A stretch of DNA of 63,946 nucleotides, the filler included, from Octopus bimaculoides (lineage: Eukaryota), in assembly GCF_001194135.2 (NCBI RefSeq). It is 5 parts of 5 records of this genome, joined end to end, with 100 filler letters (N's around TTAATTAATTAA, not from the genome) between each part and the next. Parts side by side here need not be neighbours in the genome. Positions count along the whole stretch, not along the records: positions 27,189 to 45,897 come from NC_068989.1; positions 45,998 to 59,788 come from NC_068984.1; 3 more parts are not named here. The stretch is one strand, 5' to 3'. Below the pieces are notes generated by a model. It ran no database searches and was not told where the DNA came from. It saw nothing but the letters and a program-made list of their open reading frames with translations. A program made the translations under genes and the position numbers. Below are positions 38,101-49,903 of this stretch, in pieces (positions within the stretch are counted from its first letter, which is position 1; each line of letters opens with the position of its first letter).

Positions 38101-41100
38101 AAAAAAACTTTTTATTTTCACTTTTCTAGTCAGGAAGAAAATGGTCTTAACTCTTCGCAGGGCCTTTAGACTTGTGGGAGAGAGAGAGAGAGAGAGAGAG
38201 AGAGCAAGGATGATATCCTCAAACCAAAAACTTGGCTTAAATGCTTGCAACAGAGTAGACTGTTAATAGTACCAAGAATATCAGGTGTTAAACTCTGACG
38301 GTCGAAGTCTACTACTGTCCATGCAGGCCACTGTGAGTTTATGAACTTGGGACACAGGAGCTGGAACAAATACCACAAGGCACCTGGTCTAATGTTTTTA
38401 CAGTTTTGCTAATTCACTGACCTGGATTAGTTTTTTTTTTTAATATTTTTTATCTACTCCTTAAGAATGAAATGTGAAGTTGACCCTACTGGGATTTGAA
38501 CTTAGATATACTTTGAGGTATTTGAAAGAGAGTTAAAAGTGGCGTAGGAATTGGTAGAGACTCTGCTATGACTTTGTGCTTCATCATGCTTTTTTTGTCT
38601 CAGTTGTTGAGGTTATAAAAGTATTGAAGAGTACCTGTGCTTACAAACTGTTGTTTGCTGTTGATTCAGATAAGTAAGTAGATAAAAGAAAGATCTCACG
38701 TTAGTGGAACATTATCAGGACTAATTTGCTAATTAGCATCAGGGTTCCACTATATCGTTAATTAAATGCTAACACTAAAGGTAGTAATTGTAGCAACTTC
38801 AAGGCGTTGAAGCTTAGGTTTCAGGCTTTACCACTAAAAGTTCGATATGAGTTACTTCCCTTCTTTCGTTTCTAATAGGAAAGCCTTGAATTCTCAGTAT
38901 TTGAACACAAGAGAATTTTCTTAACACATTCATCCTTCCAAGAATGAGAGGTTCTTTTAGAATGAAATTGGTTCTAAACTGAGGCTATTACAACGTTAAC
39001 CAGTCGATATACAGTTAGGTACCAATGTGATTTGTGTAAAGCTTACAATTCTATGTTGTTTTTCAACCATTTACCATTTGGAAAACTGATTTTTCCATAT
39101 ACATTGTCATAACTGAACTGCTGATCATCATTGTAAGCAATCAGCTTTAAATAATAATCAATTATCAATCATCATTAATCACCTGTTATCAGTCATCATC
39201 AGCTACTGTTAATCACCAGCAACCTCTATCAATCACCATCAACCATTATCAGTTTCCATTAACCACCTTCACCCATCTATAAACAATTGTTACATTTTCA
39301 TTGTTCTTTTTCTCCCCCTCAGTATCTCGACAGAATAGGGCAGCTGTTTTTTGGGCTTCCTCCTCCAAAGCAGTCTCCACATGGAATTCTTGGTAAGTTA
39401 ATTGGAACAACATTTCTACAAAAAAAAAAAAAAAAATCTACTGAATATGCAAATTACTAAACTATAAGTGACTTCTTGTTAAAAAATATTTAAATCACAA
39501 CTTGTTGAGTAAAACAAAAATAAAATGAAAAAGTAGCAAACTCGGAATTTTTTTGTTGAAAATTTATTATTCATTTTGCTTTATGAAGTTAGAAATTGAG
39601 AACGATTTCAGTGATGTGATTGTTTCTTTTTAGAATAACATTGTAGTGTAGGTGGGAGAGGCCACAGCATTGCTTTTTGCACCTTTTACAGAACCTCTGT
39701 GATTAATGAGAGAGAAAGGGAGGGAAGAAGGAATGTAGGGAGGAAGGAAGCTCTTCAGAAGCTACAGACGTAGTAGTCAAAATTCTTGTAGATGCCAACA
39801 AAGCCCACCACCTGAGTAGGCCATGCCAAGATTTGAACTCTAAATGCAAAGAGCTGAAATAAATTTTGAAAGGTCTCCACTTTGACATTCTAATATCTCT
39901 GCAAATCTTCTGCCTTGGATAGGTACTTTTTTCATTGATTTCTTAAAGAGATAAAGCAAAGTTGACTTAAGTGATATTTAAACACAGAGCATGGGGAGGC
40001 AGAACAAACTCCTTGAGTCATTCTGTCTTGTTACTGTAATGATTTTGCTGATTCACCTCTGTCTGATCCATGCAAGCATAGAAAAAGCAGACATTTAAGA
40101 TGATGTTAGTTATTAGAGAACTGATTTCTGATTACTTTTGCTTGGATGTGTGTGCATGTGTGTGTGTGCTTCAAAATTAATCAAATATTTCCTTCATTGG
40201 ACACTAAACTCCACTTGCGAAGACCTGTTGAGGCAAGTGAAATCGAAATCGAACTAAATTCGACGACTAGCACCCATGCCAACGTCGTCTCCTTTATTGG
40301 ATACGAAACTCAGCTTGCGAAGACCTGTTGGGGCAAGCGAAATTGTGATGGCACCTATGCCCAGCGTCGCCTTTCTAGCACTTGTGCCCGCAGCGTGTGT
40401 AAGGACTTTTGCGCGAGATCATTGCCAGTGCCCCTGAACTGGCTCTTGTGCAGGTGGCACATAAAATACACCATTTTGAGCGTAGCCGTGGCCAGTATCG
40501 CCTGACTGGCCTTCGTGCCGGTGACACGTAAAAGCACCCACTACACTCTCGGAGTGGTTGGCGTTAGGGAGGGCATCCAGCTGTAGAAACTCTGCCAAAT
40601 CAGATTGGAGCCTGGTGTAGCCATTGGGTTTCACCAGTCCTAACATGGAAAGCGGACGTTAAACAATGATGATGATGATGATTTACTTGGGATTTGGTAC
40701 AAAGAAAAGTTTGGGAACCACTGTTGTAGGTGATTGTTTTGGCTTGCTAGAAAAAAATGACTAAATTCCCTCAAATTCCATCCTGTTGTCTTGAAAAAAA
40801 GCAAGGTACACTGTATAGTGTAGTTATAATTTTGTATATAAAAAAAAATGATCGGACGGCCATAGTTAGATTGTTTTTGTCCACATGTCCGTTCACAATC
40901 AAATCTCACTTTAGGCTGAACAACAACAATGTGGATCAGTCAGTTCTTGTTAAGTAGTTGGTGTTATTTATGGTAAGGATATAAATTCCATGTAACTACA
41001 ATTATTACAATAGCTACATCGTAGGCCAGACGTAGTTATATATTTTGTCTTCTAATTTAGCTAGCTTTGCACAAGAGTAATTCCCCTTGAGTTATATTGG

Positions 41101-41588
41101 CTCAGTACCTAAGTTCTATTACTTGGCAGAATCGTTAGCACGTCGGGCGAAATGCTTATCAATATTTCGTCTGTCTTGCTGAGTTCGACTTTGCCTTTCA
41201 TCCTTTTGGGGTTGATATACTGGTCGAACACTGGTGTCGATGTGATCGACTTACCTCCTCCTGCTGGCCTCTGTGTCAAAATTTGAGATCATTATTTTAA
41301 CTGATGATATCAATACTGATATGTTTGTTAATTAATGTATCACCTTGGAAGTGGTAGCGTGATAAGAATTTTGATGAAATAACGACAAGCAAGCTAATTA
41401 ATTAAATAAAAGAGCCGCAAAACAACACCCCCTCCAAAAAAAAAAAAAAAAAAATCTAAACCAAATATTTTTTTTGTTTTTTTCTTTCAGGGAACTTATT
41501 GCAGAGTTTATTTGGTGCTGAAGATGATCGTGAACAAGATTCTGCCATGGGAAGCAGTACTGAAGTGACAGCTGAAGAACTGGACTGA
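35027..41588 (+). CDS. GET4: GET4 (Golgi to ER traffic protein 4 / TRC35 / C7orf20) homolog, 3' five coding exons: join(35027..35165,37068..37208,37761..37836,39323..39392,41491..41588); 5' exons not seen
   Basis: Manual splicing gives (E)[173 protein letters not shown]. This matches the GET4 C-terminal half from memory (YHFLHS, EVDxFxAQAVLQFLCL, [23 protein letters not shown], final ELD). All introns are GT-AG with consistent phases. Confidence 0.96.
36090..36600 (+). mobile_element. Highly decayed RTE-clade RT C-terminus in a GET4 intron
   Basis: Broken frames give [29 protein letters not shown], (L)YGQVIRM and RRPNGKLRT. Confidence 0.6.
36661..36879. mobile_element. TTAA-flanked MITE (piggyBac-type) in a GET4 intron; second decayed copy at ~7030-7209
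   Basis: TTAA|CCCTTTAAC ... ACTAAAGGG|TTAA; the interior matches 7045-7209. Confidence 0.8.
37068..37208 (+). CDS. GET4: GET4 internal exon (141 nt): [14 protein letters not shown]...[14 protein letters not shown]
   Basis: Acceptor tttttatttttcag|G; donor GGACAC|gtaagt; frame continues from the previous exon (CA+G = Gln). Confidence 0.95.
37761..37836 (+). CDS. GET4: GET4 internal exon (76 nt): [25 protein letters not shown]
   Basis: Acceptor tttttattgcag|A; donor AAGGAG|gtatgt. Confidence 0.95.
39323..39392 (+). CDS. GET4: GET4 penultimate exon (70 nt): [23 protein letters not shown]
   Basis: Acceptor tttttctccccctcag|TAT; donor CTTG|gtaagt. Confidence 0.95.
40190..40682 (+). mobile_element. 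RTE LINE 3' UTR copy in the last GET4 intron
   Basis: Closely matches the reverse complement of 32706-33030 over ~250 bp. Confidence 0.88.
41491..41588 (+). CDS. GET4: GET4 last coding exon: [13 protein letters not shown]...AEELD*
   Basis: Acceptor ttttttttctttcag|GG; TGA at 41586-41588; acidic tail ending in ELD as in other GET4 proteins. Confidence 0.93.
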
Positions 41589-42229
41589 GACCTCCTCCCA
41601 CCCACAATCTTCCTTTCCCCTCCCCCTTCCCCTCCTCTCCACATTGTTTTCAAAACTATTCTCTTAACTACTAACTTTAATAATCTCTTTGATGGNNNNN
41701 NNNNNNNNNNNNNNNNNNNNNNNNNNNNNNNNNNNNNNNNNNNNNNNNNNNNNNNNNNNNNNNNNNNNNNNNNNNNNNNNNNNNNNNNNNNNNNNNNNNN
41801 NNNNNNNNNNNNNNNNNNNNNNNNNNNNNNNNNNNNNNNNNNNNNNNNNNNNNNNNNNNNNNNNNNNNNNNNNNNNNNNNNNNNNNNNNNNNNNNNNNNN
41901 NNNNNNNNNNNNNNNNNNNNNNNNNNNNNNNNNNNNNNNNNNNNNNNNNNNNNNNNNNNNNNNNNNNNNNNNNNNNNNNNNNNNNNNNNNNNNNNNNNNN
42001 NNNNNNNNNNNNNNNNNNNNNNNNNNNNNNNNNNNNNNNNNNNNNNNNNNNNNNNNNNNNNNNNNNNNNNNNNNNNNNNNNNNNNNNNNNNNNNNNNNNN
42101 NNNNNNNNNNNNNNNAAACAAAACAAAAAGCAAAATGAAATTTGAAATTCTTAAAACAAACCTCTTTTAATCTTTTTTTTTTCTTTCTTTGTCTTAATCT
42201 GCATCTGTATTATTTATGTTTTTAAGTAA

Positions 42230-43170
42230 GGCTGCAAGCTGATAGAATTGTTTTGAGCGCAGCGGTAAAAAAAAAAAAAAGAAAGAAAAGCCTTGCATTA
42301 TTTGTTCTGGCTCTTTTACATTTTTTAATTTCAAATCCTACCGAGGTTAACTTTGCCTTTTATCCCTCCAGGGTCGATAAAATATAGCACCAACCGAGTA
42401 GTGGTGTTGATAATGAATTAGTCCCCGTCTTCCCTTTTCAAAATTCTTGGCCTTGTGCCCAAATTAGAAGTAATTACTATGAAAGGTGATGAGCCGGTAC
42501 AATCATTAGAGTCTTGGTTGAAAAGAAAAAAAAAAAGACTTAGCCATTTTTTATGTTTGAAGTTCAGTTCTTGCTGAGTTCAGTTTTGCCTTTCATCTCT
42601 CTGGGGTCAATAAAATATAGTACTAGTCAAGTACTGGAGTTGATGGTTTCGACAAAGCCCCCTTCTCCCAAAACTCCTGGCCTTGTGCCTATTGTAGAAA
42701 CAATTATTGTTATTACTAGAAGGATTAAGGTGGTGAGCTGGCAGAATTGTTAGCACACTGGGCAAGATGCTTAGCAGCATTCTGTCTTTATGTTCTGAGT
42801 TCAAATTCTGCCTAGGTTGACTTTGCCTTTCATCCTTTTAGGCTTGATAAAATAAGTACCAGCTGAACACTGGGGGTTGATGAAATCAACATATCTCTCC
42901 CCTGAAATTACTGGCCTTGTGCCAAAATTTGAAACCATTATTACTAAAGCGATGGACTGGCAGAATTGGTAGACTGTTCGGAAAAAAGGCCATATGGTAT
43001 TTCTGGCTTTTTACATTCTGTGTTCAAATCTCACTGAGATCAACTTCGCCTTTCATCCCACTGGGGTCACTAAAATAAAGTCATCAGTCAAGTACTGGAA
43101 TTGATTTTATCAATTAAATCCTCCTCCTTTCCCACAAAATTGCTGGTGTTGTACCTAAATCAGAAGCTAT
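42230..43170 (+). mobile_element. Four consecutive decayed SINE family C copies (alternative CCTTGTGCCAAAATTTGAAACC tail) downstream of the GET4 stop codon
   Basis: The core GTTGACTTTGCCTTTCATCC..GGGTCGATAAAATAAGTAC recurs at ~42340, 42585, 42815 and 43040. Similar copies at 10070-10215, 41120-41290 and 45550-45770 (+), and 26130-26660, 47690-47880 and 48975-49160 (-). Confidence 0.8.
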
Positions 43171-45863
43171 TTTAATGAATTTTAGTTAAATACCTCCCTT
43201 AATTTGATAATCCCTTCACTGAAATGAAATTTCTTTTTATTTATTTATTTTTTTTTATTGCTTTTTGTTGTCATTTATTTATTTTTTGTTTTTAAAATAT
43301 TTAAAAATTTCTAAAAGTCCCCTTCCCTCTTGTGGAATTATTTTTGTCGTTGCTCTGCTCGACTTTAAAGTTGTGGAACTTGTTTTTATTTAATTGTTAA
43401 ATTTTTTCTTAATTTTTATTTATAGTTAAAATTTTTTAATTTATCTTATAACTAACTAACAGTACCCCTCCTCATATTGAATCATTCATCTAACACATTT
43501 ACTATATACCTTTAGTATATATTATATTGTACACACATATATACAAACACATGCACACATATACACATACACATATATTTCTTAAAAAACCCTCTCAGAA
43601 GATCTAGCTCTTCCTTTTTCTCTCTTTTTCTTTCTCTCCTTCCCCAGTTCGTATTCTTTGTCTTAAAAAAAAATATTTCTTTTAGAAACACAGGTTTTGA
43701 ATTTTCTTTTATTAACATAACTATTTCCAAAAAAAAAACAAAAAAAACAAAGCAGAAACAACAACAGCATATTACGACTTGCCCCATGTTTGGCTTAGAA
43801 ACTCTGAGACTTGTTGAAAGAATTTTTTTTCTCTCATTTACATATCTTTATAAATATTACACGCACACACATACAGACTCACACAGATACATACCTACAT
43901 ATACTTGTGAAGTAAATAAGAAAAAAAAAAAACAAAAAAAACAAAGCAGAAACAACAACAGCATATTACGACTTGCCCCATGTTTGGCTTAGAAACTCTG
44001 AGACTTGTTGAAAGAATTTTTTTTCTCTCATTTACATATCTTNNNNNNNNNNNNNNNNNNNNNNNNNNNNNNNNNNNNNNNNNNNNNNNNNNNNNNNNNN
44101 NNNNNNNNNNNNNNNNNNNNNNNNNNNNNNNNNNNNNNNNNNNNNNNNNNNNNNNNNNNNNNNNNNNNNNNNNNNNNNNNNNNNNNNNNNNNNNNNNNNN
44201 NNNNNNNNNNNNNNNNNNNNNNNNNNNNNNNNNNNNNNNNNNNNNNNNNNNNNNNNNNNNNNNNNNNNNNNNNNNNNNNNNNNNNNNNNNNNNNNNNNNN
44301 NNNNNNNNNNNNNNNNNNNNNNNNNNNNNNNNNNNNNNNNNNNNNNNNNNNNNNNNNNNNNNNNNNNNNNNNNNNNNNNNNNNNNNNNNNNNNNNNNNNN
44401 NNNNNNNNNNNNNNNNNNNNNNNNNNNNNNNNNNNNNNNNNNNNNNNNNNNNNNNNNNNNNNNNNNNNNNNNNNNNNNNNNNNNNNNNNNNNNNNNNNNN
44501 NNNNNNNNNNNNNNNNNNNNNNNNNNNNNNNNNNNNNNNNNNNNNNNNNNNNNNNNNNNNNNNNNNNNNNNNNNNNNNNNNNNNNNNNNNNNNNNNNNNN
44601 NNNNNNNNNNNNNNNNNNNNNNNNNNNNNNNNNNNNNNNNNNNNNNNNNNNNNNNNNNNNNNNNNNNNNNNNNNNNNNNNNNNNNNNNNNNNNNNNNNNN
44701 NNNNNNNNNNNNNNNNNNNNNNNNNNNNNNNNNNNNNNNNNNNNNNNNNNNNNNNNNNNNNNNNNNNNNNNNNNNNNNNNNNNNNNNNNNNNNNNNNNNN
44801 NNNNNNNNNNNNNNNNNNNNNNNNNNNNNNNNNNNNNNNNNTATATATATATATATATATATGCACACACGCATACTGTATTTTCTGGCATGCAAATGAA
44901 ACTTTTCAGACAAAAATTTATGGTCGAAAAAATGGTACCTGTAGAGAAAAATCTATGGTGGAATGCTTATTCAGGAGAATGGGGGTCGAATTATATGATG
45001 AATATATACTTAAACATTGATTTTTTTTTTTCTTTGACTGAAACATCTACCTCGACTTATATACTACGTGGACTTGTATGTTGGAAAATATGGTACATAT
45101 GAGTACATATGTTTATGTATATTTGTTGTGTGTATGTGTGCGTGTGTGTATATAAAGACATACAGTTCTGTATGTGTCTTTATATATATAATGTGTAAAT
45201 GCAGTAACTTGAGGAATGGTGTACGGTCAGCTTAATAAATTTATCAGTGTATTATACTCTATTTTCGTATCGAGTATTTTTTGCCATCTTTTAGTTTCTT
45301 CTCTTTACAAGCAACATCTGTTTGCATATGTGATAGTGTGTGTGTGTGTGTGTGTGTGCATGAATGCTCTATGTATGTGTGCTTTTCCTTTCTGCATGGA
45401 AACATGCAAGTGCTTGTGTATCTGTATATGTACACATATGTGTATGTGTTCATTTAGAATGGAAGAAACATGCGTGTATATATGAGCATCCATACACATA
45501 CACAAAGACTCAGTCATGCAAACGAATATTAACATTTATATTTTATTAAGGCAGAATGAGCTGGCAGAATCGTTACCACTCCAGGGAAAATACTTAGCAT
45601 TACGCCGTCTTTATGTTCTAAGTGTAAATGTTGCCAAAATTGATTTTTGCCTTTCATCCTTTCGGGGTCGATAAAATAAGTACTAATTAAGTACTGGGGT
45701 TGATGTAATCGACTTACTCATAACCAAAGAAATTGCTGGGTTTGTGCTAACATTTGAAATCAATATTTATATCCCACAGACAGAATTATAACTGTTATTC
45801 CTTATAACTGACACTATTTTATGTATCTTGCCGTGTGGCATGTGTGCATGTATGCGTGCATGC

Positions 45864-45897
<34 letters not shown>

Positions 45898-45997
45898 NNN
45901 NNNNNNNNNNNNNNNNNNNNNNNNNNNNNNNNNNNNNNNNNTTAATTAATTAANNNNNNNNNNNNNNNNNNNNNNNNNNNNNNNNNNNNNNNNNNNN

Positions 45998-46268
45998 ATG
46001 TATGTATGTATGTATGTATGTATGTGTGTATGTGTGTATGCATGTAAGTACGTATGTACGTATGTATGTATGTATGTATGTATGTATGTACGTATGTACG
46101 TATGTATGTATGTACGTATGTACGTATGTATGTACGTATGTATGTATGTGTGTATGTATGTACGTATGTACGTATGTAAGTATGTATGTATGTATGTATG
46201 TATGTACGTATGTACGTATGTATGTACGTACGTACGTATGTATGTATGTATGTATGTGTGTATGTGTG

Positions 46269-46299
<31 letters not shown>

Positions 46300-46365
46300 A
46301 GATAGATAGATAGATAGATGTGTATGTATGTATGCTATACTTCAAATTATATTGCTATACATATA

Positions 46366-46408
<43 letters not shown>

Positions 46409-46740
46409 TATATTATATATAAATAATATTTCTGTATTCATTGCGTTATATATATAATATATGCATATACATATATGTGTATATATATATATGTATATAT
46501 TATATGTATGTATGTATGTATATATGTATGTAAGTGTGGGTGTATGTATGTATTTATGTGTGTAGGAGTGTGTATGTATGTATGTATGTATGTTTGTGTG
46601 GGTGTGTGTGTATGAATATATGTATGTATGTATATATGTATGTATATATGTATGTGTGGGTATGTGTATGTATGTACGTACGTATGTATGCATGTATACA
46701 TGTATGCATGTATGTATGTATGTATGTATGTATGCAATGA
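45998..46740. repeat. (ATGT)n/(ACGT) tetranucleotide and TA/TG compound microsatellite
   Basis: Direct reading. Similar TA/TG/GA/TAA tracts occur at 10570-10880, 17553-17636, 23747-23830, 25500-25900, 48330-48398, 57825-58370 and 62860-63220. Confidence 0.95.
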
Positions 46741-48329
46741 TTAGTGGTATCACATTGGTGTGAAGTGCAATTAGGCGAAAGTAAGTGCTCAATACTGTGT
46801 TCGATGGAATGGAATAATGTTTCGATTGCTTAAGAATTGGAAACAAGAAACTCCAAGTAGCGACTCAATTGGTTCACCTTTGATCGAATGCGTGTGCGTG
46901 CGAGTGCGTGTGTGTGTATTTGTGTGCGTGCGAGTGCGTGTGTGTATTTGTGTGCGCTCGTGTGTCTATACATAAACATACATACCCACATACATTCATA
47001 CATACGTACACGTATGTATTTAGTGTATACATACATACATACATATACATACATACATGCATGTGATTGAAATTTGGGTTGACGGAAACTGGGAGGAATT
47101 TCACCAGAGGGGCTCTTCCTGTTATGAGTGGTGGCCACAATTCATCATTTAGTTTATCACCGTCACCATGCCCTTTGGCCCTTGTATTTGATTCGTCCAG
47201 AATCCATAGATAACACACCAATCTTCTACTGAAGTCGAGTCTTCTTTTACTTGTCTCTTTCGGTCTGTTTTTCTCTTCTGAAAGAAATCGGCTACGATCA
47301 GAACTGGAGAGGGACGAGATCAGCCAGATCTATGAAGCTGAAGATACGCCGTTTGTCATAACAGGCCCTCACAAATGAGGGCGTGAGCGGATCCTTTACA
47401 ACCGTTGGAAAAGACATCAATTAGGACACGCCCTCATCCGTGAGAGGATCCATTACACCCATTGGAAAAAAACATCAATTAAAAGAACATACCCTCGTCC
47501 GTGAGAGGATCCATTACAACCGTTCGAAAAACATCAGTTAAGGCCCTTACAAGTCCATCAAGGACTCATGACATCGTAAGGTATATTTACGCAAGATCAT
47601 GCTGTCTGCGTGGGGAAAGTAAGCAATGCATACTCAAACTATAATAGCTTTTCAAATTTAATAAACTGTAACAAACTTTTCAAATTTGGGACAAGGCTAG
47701 CAATTTTATGGGGAGCGGGTAAGTCGGATATATCGACCCCAAGGTTCAACTGGTAACTATTTTATTGAAATCCGAAAGTATGAAAGGCAAAGTCGACCTC
47801 GACTGAATTTGAACACAGAACGTAAGCCGGAAGAAATACCGTTATGCAGTTTGTTCGGCGTGCCAGTTTACCACCTTAACTAAAACTAAACCTATAAAAC
47901 TATAAACCTCTTTATCTAAAATGGCCTTCTTTATTAAGACAGTTGTGTGTTATTTACCAAGAATTTGACTGCTATTTGTAGCAAGTCCAGTGATCGTATA
48001 GACCTCCTCTGTATTGGCCAAAATTTTATTGTTTTCTACTCAAGAACGATTTCCTAAGATGAATAATATAATTCATTGAAAGGACAGTATGTATACCGTG
48101 GGGCAGAGTCTACCTTGCTGGAGTTTGAACCCTGAATAAATGGAGATGAAACTAAACATTGTGAATCATTAATTCTAGCACTGTAAGATTTGTATCAACT
48201 TCTCGTTCTTGGTAGATTTTGTTCGCATTAAATGTGCTTTGGAGAATAAAGATTTTGTGTTTGGCAGGAATTCAATAACAAAATAACATAAAAAATATAT
48301 GTGAATATATAAATAAATAATACATGGAA

Positions 48330-48398
<69 letters not shown>

Positions 48399-48580
48399 GT
48401 CCTTATTAACTTTTCATCTCGTCGTTTTTATGATAATAATGTTCACGGTATCTTCAGGCAAATGTCTATTTGTCAGTTTGTTAGTCTCTCTTTCCCCCTC
48501 TCCTTCTATCTATCTATCTATCTCTCAATCTTTCTGTCTATTTTCTTCACTCACTCTCTCTCATACTCACACACACGTAC

Positions 48581-48611
<31 letters not shown>

Positions 48612-49903
48612 CATACATTCATACAGACAGACAGACATGCATACATCCATTCTTACATAAACACATGCATACATATATGCTTACATACATAAGCTGTTCA
48701 TATTGATTTCTAATTTTGGCACATGGCAACAAATATATAGTCAGAATGGAGGCACGTGTTCCATTCGATACATAATTTTACCGACACGGTTGGGGATCGG
48801 AGGCCAAACAAAGTCCTACCGAGATTTGAAAGTCAGTTGGATTTGATTTAATTGGATAGGATAGCCCATGTCCAGTCCACTTGAGGACAAAGGTCTCAGG
48901 ATGTCATCTCCATCAGAGATCGTAGTGGTTTGATGACCTTACTCTGTCACACTGGCTCGGCACGGTTTGACAGAGAGGCGCAGTTTTTTTTTATATTCAT
49001 ACCCAGGAGTATTTAAGTCAATTACATCGACCCCAGTGCTCAACTGGTACTTATTTTATCAACCCTGAAAGGATGAAAAAGCAAAGACGATCTCGGCGGA
49101 ATTTGAACTCAGAACGAAAAAACGGACGAAATATGAAGTGGTATCGAAATGTTCCTGGACTTTTCTTTNNNNNNNNNNNNNNNNNNNNNNNNNNNNNNNN
49201 NNNNNNNNNNNNNNNNNNNNNNNNNNNNNNNNNNNNNNNNNNNNNNNNNNNNNNNNNNNNNNNNNNNNNNNNNNNNNNNNNNNNNNNNNNNNNNNNNNNN
49301 NNNNNNNNNNNNNNNNNNNNNNNNNNNNNNNNNNNNNNNNNNNNNNNNNNNNNNNNNNNNNNNNNNNNNNNNNNNNNNNNNNNNNNNNNNNNNNNNNNNN
49401 NNNNNNNNNNNNNNNNNNNNNNNNNNNNNNNNNNNNNNNNNNNNNNNNNNNNNNNNNNNNNNNNNNNNNNNNNNNNNNNNNNNNNNNNNNNNNNNNNNNN
49501 NNNNNNNNNNNNNNNNNNNNNNNNNNNNNNNNNNNNNNNNNNNNNNNNNNNNNNNNNNNNNNNNNNNNNNNNNNNNNNNNNNNNNNNNNNNNNNNNNNNN
49601 NNNNNNNNNNNNNNNNNNNNNNNNNNNNNNNNNNNNNNNNNNNNNNNNNNNNNNNNNNNNNNNNNNNNNNNNNNNNNNNNNNNNNNNNNNNNNNNNNNNN
49701 NNNNNNNNNNNNNNNNNNNNNNNNNNNNNNNNNNNNNNNNNNNNNNNNNNNNNNNNNNNNNNNNNNNNNNNNNNNNNNNNNNNNNNNNNNNNNNNNNNNN
49801 NNNNNNNNNNNNNNNNNNNNNNNNNNNNNNNNNNNNNNNNNNNNNNNNNNNNNNNNNNNNNNNNNNNNNNNNNNNNNNNNNNNNNNNNNNNNNNNNNNNN
49901 NNN

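Noticed and set aside
43724-44042. ~125-bp direct repeat (43724-43850 / 43918-44042) next to a gap
   Set aside because: Identical copies ending at an N run are probably an assembly duplication; I cannot distinguish this from a real tandem duplication.
44880-45010. Possible minus-strand terminal exon (tttttctctacag|GTACCATTTTTTCGACCATAA) of a convergent gene
   Set aside because: No upstream minus-strand coding exons could be identified in the window.
47382-47545. Repeat-spacer appearance suggesting CRISPR
   Set aside because: The whole unit is repeated (no unique spacers), the context is eukaryotic, and there are no cas genes.
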